Below, in pieces: positions 1 through 10,818 of a stretch of 64,000 nt of DNA. Numbering within the stretch: the first letter of the stretch is position 1; the number at the start of each line of letters is the position of its first letter. Location: assembly GCA_001179505.1 (NCBI GenBank), contig CDMY01000302.1, positions 62,001 to 126,000 on the forward strand, read 5' to 3'. Position numbers and translations under genes: made by a program. The DNA comes from Vitrella brassicaformis CCMP3155. Taxonomy: Eukaryota > Protista > Chromerida. The notes below the pieces were generated by a model. That model made no database searches. It was not told the DNA's origin and worked only from the letters and a program-made list of their open reading frames with translations.

Positions 1-40
1 AATGATGTGCCTCTGTGTGTGTGTGTGTGTGTGTGTGTAG

Positions 41-372
41 CTCGTGAGGAGTTGCATCGGATGTTGAATGAGGACGAGCTGCGCGATGCGGTGCTGCTGG
101 TGTTCGCCAACAAGCAGGATCTGCCCAACGCCATGACGGCCGCCGAGGTCACCGACAAACTCCATCTCCACTCCATCAGACACCGAAACTGGTACGCACA
201 CACACGTGGATGGCCACACACGCGCAGACACACGCATCTGGTCCTCTCTCTCTCTGTCTGCGTGTTGTGTGTGACAACAAACAGGTTCATTCAGTCGACG
301 TGTGCGACGACGGGCGATGGCCTGTACGAGGGCCTCGACTGGCTCTCACGCACTCTGGCGCAAAAGAAATGA
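41..372 (+). CDS. ARF1: ADP-ribosylation factor 1 (class I Arf), last two exons; 5' part outside the window
   Basis: Exons 41-191 and 285-372 (GT-AG intron) splice to [31 protein letters not shown]...RHRNW|[28 protein letters not shown]. This contains the NKQD (G4) and TCAT (G5) motifs of Arf GTPases. Confidence 0.95.
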
Positions 373-2009
373 TACTAAGACATTCACACACACCTGCACA
401 CATGCATGTACGGCGGCGTGGTGCATCGTGTGTGGGTGTCTGTCTGTCTGTCTGTCTGTGTGGCTGAGTGGATGGATGAGTGAGGTGACTGACGTGTTTG
501 TGGGGGTGAGGGAGGAGGGAAGGGTGGTCGAGTGGGCGGGGCGGGCCAGTTTGATACGAATTAGCCGAGTCGCTGCCACATACTCGCCGCCACATACGTA
601 CACACATACACACACACTTCTACTGCTGCTATACATATGCATCCATTCATGCGTGAGAGCCGAAAGCCACCACACCCTCTTCTCCCTTCATCCCTCCATG
701 TGTGTATCCATCTGCCCACCGGCCTGGTTGCCTGGCTTCTTGCTTTTTCACTTGCCCTCTCCCTCTCTCTCTAGTTTCATTCCAACGTGTTGGTGTGGTG
801 TGTATTGCCTGTCTGCCTGTGCGCCTGTCTGCCCGCCTCGAGTGAGCAAAGCGTCTCTCGCAATTAAGCAGGGCGGCTGACCGATGACCGATGACCAATG
901 GATGGATGGATGAGCGACTGAGAGAGACGAGACGGGCAGATAGATGCGGGTGGTGGGGATGATGGCAGTGGAAGTCGGTGCGTTGTCTGGCAGCTAGTCC
1001 AGACGACGACTCTCTTTCTGTGTAGATGGGGAGGGAGGGAACGCACACAGTTCAGTCAGTCATCCTTTTGCCCACACACACATTGCTTTTCGGCCCACAG
1101 GCCCGTGTGCTTCCTTTGCCTTGTTGAGCACATCTCCCACCGCACAGATCGACCATCTTGTGCGGTGGTTGATGTGGGCGGCCGGCAGCAAGGGAACACA
1201 CATATCTGGACGGTGCAGGCCAGTCGGAACAGCGAGGATTGGTATTGTCAAACAGGTGCAACACGGTTGCTCGGCTACTCGTGTCGGTGTGCTTGCCGTC
1301 TGGCTTCGTGATGCTACAACCGAACCCTGCCCGAAGGTGTTCGTTTGGCGCGTCGCGATGGAGGAGGGTGAGCGAGCCACACGGATGAGGCCCACCACCG
1401 TGGGAAGGCTTGGAATGGGAGAGGGTTGTCCACACGCATCACTCACTCACTCACACACAAGCAGCTAGTGCCTTGCCCCGCACATGTTGGTTTTTTCCCC
1501 TAGCTTCGTTCGGCACTGTGCACGTAGATATACTTACAGAGAGGGAGAGAAAGGGAGAGGGGCGGCGTGTTTGATCAATCACTCATCGGTTTTGCGTCTG
1601 TCTGTCATGTATCCTTTTCCCATCCCACCACACCACACCCCACCCGTGTAATGGTGACTTTGCATTGCTGTCTGTTTTCGAGAGGGGGAGAGAGAGTTTA
1701 AGCGCATGTCTGTCTCACCCCTTGGCTTGTCTTGCCGCTGGCCTGCTGCTGTGGGCGGCCCCTCTCGCGCCAGTCTCTCTCTGTGTGTATGCCTGCCCAT
1801 CTGCCTGTCTGCCTGGCTCCCCTCCGTCGTGTGTGTGGCGCGATTTTGTATCTGCTGTCTGCCTGAATGAATGGATGGATGGATGGATGGTCGGTGTGTG
1901 CGTGTGGTGGCGTATGGATGTGACAGACAATTCGTGAAGACCCCTAGATAGATTGATGGATGGATGTCTGCTGCACGTCATGTGAGGTGATTGATGTGTA
2001 TCTCTCCGT

Positions 2010-2185
2010 GTGTGTGGTGGCTGATTTGATCCCTAAATCAATGTCGATGATTTGCATATGTGCGTCAAGAGAATGTCTGTGTGCAGACAGACAGACATAT
2101 TCACATCACCATGCCACGCACAGACAGACGCATACACACGCATACAGCCGGTAGTTAGGTTGGTCACTCAGTCACAGCAGCCAGT
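2010..2185. repeat. Direct repeat copy 1 (about 175 bp): duplicate of the Ctr gene's last codons and 3' UTR
   Basis: Near-identical to 4870-5046 (gatttgatccctaaatcaatgtcgatg...gtcactcagtcacagcagccagt) with only a few differences visible. The minus strand encodes ..TGCCD*. Confidence 0.92.
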
Positions 2186-2635
2186 GCCCTCTTGCGACTC
2201 CTGAGCGAACGGAAAAGGGGGAGACAAAAGGCCAAGAATACACCACATGTTCGTTGGCTGTCGCCGTGACAGGACTGGTGAGACAATTGCATTTGCAAGT
2301 GTGACAAGCGATCGTGTCCATTTGTCCATCCGTTCGTTCCATGCCATGCAGGTATGTATGTTACAGCAAACGCACTGCACTCACTTGACCAAATTCACTC
2401 AATCACTCACTCACAGCAGCGGCACGAACAAGCGGACACACCAGGCAGGCAGGCATGGCTCGACATTCTCACACATCCGTCGGGCACCACCATTCTCGCG
2501 TCATGCTGATCATGCGTTCGGCGTGACCTCTCTGGGTGCGTTGGCATCTAATCACCACACACACAGACGCATTCAGACACAGGCACATACAGACTGCATA
2601 GACACAAGGGTGCACGTGTCCCACCGTGCGGCACA

Positions 2636-3259
2636 TCATATGGCGGTATCTGCACCAGGCGCTTCATGACGATCGGGTCCGCCTTGGTCTTGCCCCTGCA
2701 CCAACACGCACTCACACGCACTCAATGTCTGCGCCCGCGAGAACCACTCACCCACGCACCTGTCGCCAAGACGTTGCTCGATGAGCTCATCGTCGCCAGC
2801 AGTTTCGCAGCCGATAATGACCACGTCAGCCGAGCTGGTGGCACCGCGCACCATCCCACCGTCGTAGAGGAACGACTTGATGTCGCCAATGGTGTGGAAG
2901 CTCCCCCCGAACTGTCTTACATTGAAGCACATGGGTCCCCACTCGCCGGGACAATCATGGTACGTGAAGAAGCGTAGCTCGGCACGCACAACTGGCCGCG
3001 GTCAGCTCAGCCAACGCCGCCAACACTGCAAACACTGCCAACGCTTCTTCTCTTCCATCTCCTTCCCCTTCCTCTCGCGAGCTTTTGGGAACTCTCGCGC
3101 AGAAGTGTGAGAGAGCAGCCCAAAAGCGTTGAGTCGCCCTGGATGGGTTCTGGTTTCTCGGGTTGTTCTCCTCCCCAGACGATAACATTTCACCTCCATG
3201 TTATCCTCTCCGAGGATCAGCGTTCCGAGTGGATTTTCGGGGAGGAGCCTGTTGAGCAT
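2636..3259 (-). pseudogene. Unknown ORF interrupted by one in-frame TGA at 3002-3004; possibly a ubiquitin-like fold
   Basis: ORFs 3002-3259 and 2636-2989 are in the same frame, separated by a single TGA. The sequence is microsatellite-free (ELRFFTYHDCPGEWGPMCFNVRQFGGSFHTIGDIKSFLYDGG) with a GT donor after ..QRLGDR. The fold guess is weak. Confidence 0.35.
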
Positions 3260-3868
3260 TGGGAAGTGGATTACCCGAGCACGCGCACTCTCCAGACGTT
3301 GCGCTGGAAACGGGAGGTGAGGCTATGGTGGAACAATATTGGACCGCGAGATTGGGATTTTCGCTCATACGAGATTGACTTCTATAATTAAGAAGAAGCC
3401 ATACCTGCGAGGTGAGTATGCCTGTAGTGAAGGAGCGTCTTTCTGCGCGAGTGCGTGTGTATTGCGGTTGTATGTGTGTCTGTTTGTGGGCAGAAACTAC
3501 AACATCCCCATACACGAAGTCTTCACCAATCTTTGCACCACTCGACTGGCTGGCACACGAAACCGGCCCCTCAAGTTCGAATGCCGACGTACGCACGCAC
3601 TTGCGGAAAGAGAGCATCGACACACTGCCTTGTGTGTGCTGTAGGAGGACGTCGGATCATCGAGGCACCAGCCCTAGCCCCACGCGGAGGGCAGGCGGGC
3701 CCCGCCCGACAGCCCGAACCCAGAGAGCGGGCGAGCCCCGCCGCACCGCCCGAACCCAGAGAGCGGGCGAGCCCCGCCGGACCGCCCGAATTCAGAGGGC
3801 GGGCGAGCCCCGTCGTGTCACAGCCCGACGCCGAAGAAAGCCCGCTCGAAGAGCCAGATCTGAGATAA
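3143..3868 (+). pseudogene. Uncharacterised 3-exon gene, copy A (paralogue at about 43190-43870), with in-frame TAA at 3389-3391
   Basis: EHWEVDYPSTRTLQTLRWKREVRLWWNNIGPRDWDFRSYEIDFYN*EEAIPA|RNYNIPIHEVF...RNRPLKFE aligns with the minus-strand copy near 43.5-43.85 kb, and intron positions are shared. Confidence 0.5.
3713..3812 (+). repeat. 36-bp tandem minisatellite, about 2.8 units, encoding PEPRERASPAAP-like repeats
   Basis: Units start at 3713, 3749 and 3785 (cccgaacccagagagcgggcgagccccgccgcaccg) and are contiguous with no spacers. Confidence 0.9.
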
Positions 3869-3999
3869 TGCATATACACGTATGTATAGCCGTATGATAA
3901 ACGCCTTGCACGCACGTATGGTACACTGGACGGACAATGGACGAATCTCAATGAAGGCACAAACGCATTTCTCCCTCTCGCCTTCTTGTCCATCCATTC

Positions 4000-4781
4000 G
4001 CCCTTGTTGAGTCGCATTTGGACATCAACAGTCGTCCGCACCCCGCTCAACATCGATGAGTACCTACACACACACACACACGCACACACACACACACACG
4101 GACACAGGGGGCACATGTGTTGATCGTATACATGAGTGCTGTCGGGTACGGTACCGTTTGAGGTGGACGAGGAGCAGCGTGGGCACGTGTGTGATGGACA
4201 GCTGCTTGGTCGCCTGCACGGGCACATCAGATACACACATGCGCACCTGTACCTCCTCTGTCTGTTCCGCGTGAGGGCGTACCCGTCTCTTCTGTTTGCA
4301 GACCTCACAGAAGTAGTGCTGGTGGCCGGGCTGCACCAACCGTACACACACACATCCATCCATCCATCCACGGACACGCGCATCGCTCTGTTTCGTTGCT
4401 GACCTGTCCGAGTATCTCTTCGTCGAAGAAGCTCTCCACACACGTGTGAAGCGACAAACGCGGCGCCTAACACACACACGCACACACATGGATGGATGGA
4501 TATGGGCACACGAAAAGGATGAGCATCCTTCGTTCACACACACGTAGTTACCCGTTCGAGGGGCAGCGACAAGTCGAAGAAGGGGTCGAATGTGTCGCTG
4601 GTGGTCCCGCACATGGTGCACTTGACGCGCGAACGGAGCTGCAGGTACACACACACAAGAGGAAGAGACGAATGGACAGGAGGGTATTGTTGTGGGTGTG
4701 CGTGGGTACCTGTCCCGAGAAGGTCTCTGCGATGAGGGTGTTGTTGCTCTCGAGGAAGTGGCTCCACCAACGCTCGGCTGC
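4000..4781 (-). pseudogene. Internal fragment (6 exons) of a USP-family ubiquitin carboxyl-terminal hydrolase; Cys-box and His-box not found
   Basis: Spliced AAERWWSHFLESNNTLIAETFSGQ|LRSRVKCTMCGTTSDTFDPFFDLSLPLER|APRLSLHTCVESFFDEEILGQ|PGHQHYFCEVCKQKRR|ATKQLSITHVPTLLLVHLKR|YSSM. These are typical USP fingers CxxC...CxxC and LxxHLKR segments. Confidence 0.85.
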
Positions 4782-4869
4782 CTGCACAACCGTCACACGC
4801 ATACACACACACACGTGTTCATTGACGTTCCTCTCCCTCTTTCCCTCTCTCTCTCTCCCTCGCTCTATG

Positions 4870-5046
4870 TGTGTGTGGTGGTTGATTTGATCCCTAAATC
4901 AATGTCGATGATTTGCATATGTGCGTCAAGAGAATGTCTGTGTGCAGACAGACAGACATATTCACATCACCATACCACGCACAGACAGACGCATACACAC
5001 GCATACAGCCGGTTAGTTAGGTTGGTCACTCAGTCACAGCAGCCAG
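4870..5046. repeat. Direct repeat copy 2 (native 3' end and UTR of the Ctr gene)
   Basis: Near-identical to 2010-2185. Confidence 0.92.
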
Positions 5047-5776
5047 TCCCTAACGCCCCGCCCTGCTCCTTCTTGCCCTTGGATGAGGGCGGCTCGCGAA
5101 GTGCGTCGGTGAAGAGCGCCACGCCCATCACCAGACCGCCCACGACAGCAAAGAACAACCCCTGCACACACAGAGAATGCAGCCGCATGAATCTCGGCCA
5201 TACGTCGGTATGTCTGTGTGCGATTGGCGAGCGCACCACTTCGAAGAGCATGGCGATGAGCATAAGGCCATAATCGAGAGAGAATGATAACGCCGCCAGA
5301 CCCGCTCTCACACAGTGCTTCATTGCCACCGGTCGTGGGCCGCCTCCCGTCAGCTCCCACCAGGTCTCCAGCCGCCCTCTGTACAGCCGCAGAAACACCG
5401 ACGCCATCCCGGCAGCAAAGATTATCAGACACGCACCCAAATACTGCCAGACAGACACGGACCCAAATACTACAGACATGTGCGGCGAGATCTGTCCATT
5501 TGCGTGTGTGTGTTGGCTGACCTCTCCAGTGTTGTTCGTCTGCCAGAAGGAGAAGAGTATGGTGTTCTGGACACTCATGTGGAATGTCATCGAGTGGTGC
5601 TGGTGGTGGCTGCTGTGGTCGTCCGGCTGGTGGGGGTGATGCAACCTGTCAGCATCTGAAAGGCCTCGCCTCTCTTCGGTGTTGTGATCTGACGATGAAT
5701 TGTTTCCTCTCTCGGCCCTCAGATGCACCACATGGCACAGCACACTCGCCGCATACATCCAATGACGAGAATGCAT
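5030..5776 (-). CDS. Ctr/SLC31-family copper transporter, 3 exons (start at 5776 or 5758)
   Basis: His-rich N-terminus followed by MTFHMSVQNTILFSFWQTNN, then TM1 YLGACLIIFAAGMASV. TM2 LDYGLMLIAM contains MxxxM and TM3 GLFFAVVGGLVMG contains GxxxG. The protein ends in GCCD. Approximate exons are 5521-5776, 5237-5443 and 5030-5161. Confidence 0.85.
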   Translation of the reverse strand: MHSRHWMYAASVLCHVVHLRAERGNNSSSDHNTEERRGLSDADRLHHPHQPDDHSSHHQHHSMTFHMSVQNTILFSFWQTNNTGEVSQHTHANGQISPHMSVVFGSVSVWQYLGACLIIFAAGMASVFLRLYRGRLETWWELTGGGPRPVAMKHCVRAGLAALSFSLDYGLMLIAMLFEVVRSPIAHRHTDVWPRFMRLHSLCVQGLFFAVVGGLVMGVALFTDALREPPSSKGKKEQGGALGTGCCD

Positions 5777-5841
5777 CTTGGCGGATCTGCAGCATTTACA
5801 AGCTCGCAAGGCCGGGGAAGTGCGGGAATCGCCGTCCACAA

Positions 5842-7171
5842 ATGTCCACCGCCTTGGCTGCCCGCCGCCTGCTGGCGCCTCATCGATCCATTGCGGCCGC
5901 CGCCAGGATTCCTTTTCGCTGCCGTTCCTCGCCATTTCTGCCTCATCCCGTGATTTCATCCATGCAGGCGGGCCTCGCTGTCGCCTCTCGTCATGTATTG
6001 GGCTCCCACCGGTCCCCTGCGCTCGCCGCCACCGCCTCCCCCTCTCCCTACGCCACCCAATTCCAGCAGCGGCTTGTGCATCGACGGCTCCTCACAAGCC
6101 CTGCTGCTGACATTCTTCTGCAGCGATGGGAGAAGAAGAGATATCGGCTCGTCAGCAACTGTGGCGTGCAGTGTGTGATGGATCTGCTGAGGAACTGGTT
6201 TGAGGTGCAGAGGACCTACGAGTTCGCCCATGCTGACCTTGCCGTGCGGCCCTTTGGTGTGGGTGAGGACCTGTGGCTGCCGGTGCAAGTGAAGACGTGC
6301 AAGCAGAAAAGTAGCAGCGGCGGTCGCGCTTGGTTCTTTCACCTTGTTCAGCAGTACGCCGGCATGCCCGTCGTCTGTGTGGCTCTGCGAGAGTATCGCA
6401 TCTGGTGCTACGACGGATCCATGCTGAAGGAAGAAGGCGGCAAGTCGGGTCATATTGCCATCTCTGAGAACGGCAAGTGGGACCATGAGAAATTTCGATG
6501 CTCAGCGACGCTTGAGGGCCAGGAATCTCTGGCACATAAGCTGCTGCTGGCCTATCATGACACCGCATTTATCAAGGACTCGCTGGGGAACATCATGAGG
6601 CAGCGGTCTGAGACCCATCAGAAGGGCGAGGAATCCGTTGCCGCATGGGCCCCTTTGCTGTCTGCTGCTGGTATGGACATCCGTCCACGCCAGCTCCGCT
6701 ACGAGGACACGCCTGTCGATGCCGTCTGGCGGTGGAATGGGAAGAAATTCCTCGTTCAGCACAAACAAGCTGTCCTTCACTCCGGGGTCAAGGACGGCTC
6801 ATATTGTTGTCCTTCAGAAGAGTGCCGGCAGGAAGGGAGCACGTCTCACAATTCAGCTGTACGAGGAACAAGACTTTGATTTGCTCGCCGTCTCTGTGCC
6901 TGGTGATCGCTATTTTTATCTCATTCCCACGGAGGTGCTGGTGCAAAGGGGGAAGGTGAGGGGAAATGGAGAGAGACGCAAGTGCAGCGGCTCGTCATTG
7001 TACCTGTGGACCCCAGAAGCACAGGTCATGCAGAAACGCAAAGAGGAGAACGGGTGCAGAGGAAGAAAGGCTGATTTCTGGGCGAGCGAGTATTTGATTG
7101 ACACATGTGCGGACGATGGCCGAGTGGGGAGGCTGCATGCTATCCTTGAGGGCGCCAAGTGCTCGAAATGA
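5842..7171 (+). pseudogene. Intronless tandem PD-(D/E)XK-like endonuclease with presequence-like leader, copy A; 2-nt deletion frameshift at about 6804
   Basis: Motif 1 is HADLAVRP...WLPVQVKT and motif 2 is TPVDAVWRWNGKKFLVQHK. The frame switches from ORF 5584-6879 to ORF 6638-7171, where copy B reads TAT CTT GTT and copy A reads TAT T GTT. Confidence 0.78.
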
Positions 7172-7699
7172 CGTGACAGGACGGCTGGATGCCTGTGTGT
7201 GCCCGCCTTTTTCAATGAATCCATGTGTCGAGTATGCCAGTGGCCACTCCCCCGCCCATCTACACACATCCACCCATATTCGCATGTGACTGAAAGCCAT
7301 CATAGACAAGCACAAATTGGACAAACAAGCACAGAGATCTTGTTGAAAAATTGGGTGTGGTGTGGATGATTCGTTCACACAGGGTGGTTCAGGTGGTTGC
7401 ATGGAGGCTTATGTGCATGCACACGTGTGTGCGAGTGTTGGCATACAAAAAAGACAGACAGACCTGTGTATGCATACGGTGCCGAAAGCGCAGAAGGGAC
7501 TCGTTGATTTATCTATTCATATTCATCTTTCCACCGGAGAGTCTGTCTGTCTATCTGTCTGTCGAGCACATCAACACACTGTCTGCGATGCATGTGTGTC
7601 GAGAACCATCCACCCACCCACCCAAACATCCACCCACACATCCAGCCGAGCCCTTTGTATGCACGTATCACACATCATGTCATCCTCCCACCCTCCTAA

Positions 7700-8586
7700 T
7701 TCGCCTCATCGTCCAGCAAGCCCGCAGACTGCGTCAGACCCTCTTCTATCATCGGCTTATCATCGTAGCCAGTGAAGGCCTTGAGCATCTGACGCCACGT
7801 CAGCAGCTCGACAGAGAGGTGCTCGTACCTCCCTGTCCTCACTGTTGAGATGATAGTTCCTCCTCCTGCTGGCGCCTCAGAGATCTCTGCTGCTCTCCGA
7901 TCTCCTGTGCCATTTTGAGCGTGGTAACCCAGTCCAATAACTTCTAGTCCTTGGTCACGGCGTCTGCAGCGCACACGCACACACACACAGACAAAGACAC
8001 CCATGTGGCACGGTAGGTGAATCGCCGGGTCGCTTTCTTCCTTCCTCTCTGTCGTCATGTGTGTGTGTGTGTGTGGTTCTCCCTCCCTCTGTGTGTGTGG
8101 GCGGTGCATGCGAACCAGGGGGCGGTGTGCAGTAATGTGTTTGGTACAGCGGGGTGAGTTGCTGTGTGTTCGCTAGAATGAGCTGGTCGGTCGACAGAAG
8201 GCGCTGTGTGAGCCGTGCATGGCTGCTGGTGCACTCGATTGGACGGCGTACTTGGTCTGCTTTTGTCGGTCGGCACAGCTGCGAGTACTGGTGGCGCAGA
8301 ACTGGAGGCGGGCACACACACCGTCAAAGTTCCGTGCAACAGCTCTCTTCCTCGCGCACCCTATCTCCTTGTCTCGCGCATTTCAAAGGATGCCCATCAA
8401 TCAGCGTAGCCGGTGATGGATGGCTAGTTGGCTGGCCCTGAGCATCACACACGGCTTCGTTCAGCAGCTCGACAGAGATGACATTGTGTGTGCTTCTGCC
8501 CACCTGTCTGTCTGTCTGTCTGTCTGTTGTCGTCACTGTTGAGATGATGCTTCCTCCTCCTGCTGGCGCCGTAGAAGATTCTCATC
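7700..8586 (-). pseudogene. Degenerate tandem copies of exon/intron modules of the adjacent coiled-coil gene
   Basis: The RRQQE..SSQQ|gtga module recurs at about 7840, 8535 and 8895. The intron 9050-9150 is duplicated at 7960-8060. An in-frame TAG lies in DAVTKD*KLLDW. Confidence 0.6.
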
Positions 8587-9828
8587 CTAACGGACTTCCC
8601 ATATCTTTCTGACCTGGTTCATACGGCGGAAGACGTCCTCCCTCAGCTCCTTCAAGTCCTCCACGCTCATGGTCTCCGAGAAACCTGTCTGGTACATTAA
8701 GTGAATTAGCCTATCAGTCGAGTCCATGCGCCGCTCGAGGAGGATGAGAGTTTTTTCGTCCTTCTCCTGCTCGATCTGCTGCTTCAGTTCTCCCCACTGT
8801 TCCCACAGCTCCTTGACCTTTCTGTCCAGGTCGACAGAGATGACATTGTGTGTGCTTCTGCCCACCTGTCTGTCTGTCTGTCTGTTGTTGTCACTGTTGA
8901 GATGATTGCTCCTGCTGGCGCCTCAGAAAGTCCTGCTCATCCCCGAGCTCCTTTATCTGCATCATCTGGTTGAACAAGCGGCGGTTGTCCTCCTTCATAT
9001 GGAATAAGCTCTCCTGGAGGAGCGCCTTCAAGTCCGCCTTGGTCGCGGCCTCTGCAGCGCACACGCACACACACACAGACAAAGACACCCATGTGGCACG
9101 GTAGGTGAATCGCCGGGTCGCTTTCTTCCTTCCTCTCTGTCGTCATGTGTGTGCATTTCTCTTCTCTTCACATGCATGTGTGTGTCGTTCTCTCTCCCTC
9201 CCTCCCTCCCTCCCTGTGTGTGGGCGGTGCGTGCGTACCAGGGCGAAATGTGGAGAAGAGTGCTTGGTCTATCGCATTGAGTCGCTTATCGATCGACACA
9301 ATGAGCTGCGTGAGGCTGTTGATGAGCGTTAAAGTCTCTTTGTCCTCAGGCTGCTTAAGCGCGAGATCGAACTGCTGCGACAGTTCTGCCTTCTCTTGGT
9401 CCAGCGCCGCCTTCTCTTCCCGAAGCTCCCTGATGAGACTGTCCAGCTTCGCAGGGGGGGCGGTATCGGCGTCATTGGTCACCTGCACCCCCCACCACAC
9501 ACACATTCAGGTGCCTGCGTCAGTCATCGGCCGCCTTGTTGCCTCCCACCCTCTCCCACCGACCCACCATGAGTGCAGTGGAGCCACGGGGCCGCCGGCG
9601 TCGATGGGAAGTGGACGAAGATGACTGCACCATGACGGTAGGCAGAGGCAGGGCGGCCATCCACTCAGTCGGCTCGGCTCGCCGCACGTCCAGCTGCTGC
9701 TGCTGGCCAGCAGAGTGGGCACCAACATGCTGCAGGTGGCGGACGGCATGGCCCAGGGGAGGCACAAATGCGACGACGGCACTTATCCATACTCCCATCA
9801 CCAGCAGCAGAATCACCATCAGCAGCAT
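8587..9828 (-). CDS. Uncharacterised coiled-coil protein with signal peptide plus transit-like peptide (probably plastid-targeted), 4-exon model of 298 aa
   Basis: Exons 9568-9828, 9239-9482, 8895-9051 and 8587-8821 join with consistent phases (0,1,2). The sequence starts MLLMVILLLVMGVWISAVVAFVPP, continues through an R/S-rich stretch ending RGSTALM, and then has E/K/Q-rich helices. Confidence 0.6.
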
Positions 9829-10818
9829 GGTCTGTGTGCCTACAAATGCGTCACACACACACACACAGACACACAGAGGGATACTGACTGACTGATTGAT
9901 TGATTGATCGTTCCCCTCTCTCGCCCCTGACGTACTCGTGGCGGCGTGAGTCAGTTTGGTTGTTTGTACTCACGTATCGTGGCGGCGGACGAATAGCACC
10001 ACAGCAAGGCATTCCCCGGTTTGTTTTCTTTCCAATGCACGAGCATCACTCACTCACTCATTCACTGATCTGACTGAATCACCGCGTGTGCGTCTCCGTC
10101 GCCGACCTCAGCTGACAAGGCAAGGTGGATGCCAAAGGACGACAGACAGATCTCAGCGCACAGCACAGCCGTCAGGAGGGCTGGGCACCGAACTTGAAAG
10201 AGCCGGAGGGTTTGACTGCCGAGGGGTCAAAGGGTTTGTTACCCTATAGCCCCATTCCCGAGAGGCCAAACTGCGGCGTTTTGTTTGTGCGCCTTAATTG
10301 TCGGACAGCTGTGCGTTGCGAGAGTGAGGCACTCGGCCGACAAGCTTACAAGAGGGCGAGAAGAGTCCCTCGAGTCAGTCGTCCTCTCGGCTGCTTTGGT
10401 GGGGTGGCGGGCCGTTGAGCTGACAGACATCGGAGGTGAGGGAGGCCCAACACTCACTGACTCGCTGACTGAGTGATGCGCTCATCCACTCACGTCAATG
10501 AATTAATGCGTTGGCCTTTCTGTCTGTCTGTCTGTCTGCCTCTCTCTGTGTGTCCTAGTTGTGTGTGTCTGTCGGCCCATCGGTGCAGTGTGGCTGAGGA
10601 CCGATGGCGGCCTCCTCATCTGCCGCTGCCGCTGGTGGTGTTAGCTCATTGACCTCTCTCTGATCTGTCCATCTGAGCATCGAACGAGATGAGCAGCACA
10701 CACACAGATCTGTGAGCAGCATGCTCGATGGACATAATCCTCTGCCGGCTCTGTCGCTCTGTGCAGCCTCTCGTCGACCACCGCCCCACTCATCTGACCG
10801 TCTTGGCCCATCCATCGC

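Noticed and set aside
3713-3812. 36-bp repeats as a CRISPR array
   Set aside because: The units are contiguous with no unique spacers, lie in a coding frame, and there are no cas genes in this eukaryotic context.
2010-5046. Direct repeats as LTRs of a retroelement
   Set aside because: No clear TG...CA termini, PBS, PPT or gag/pol were seen. The repeat is the 3' end of the Ctr gene.
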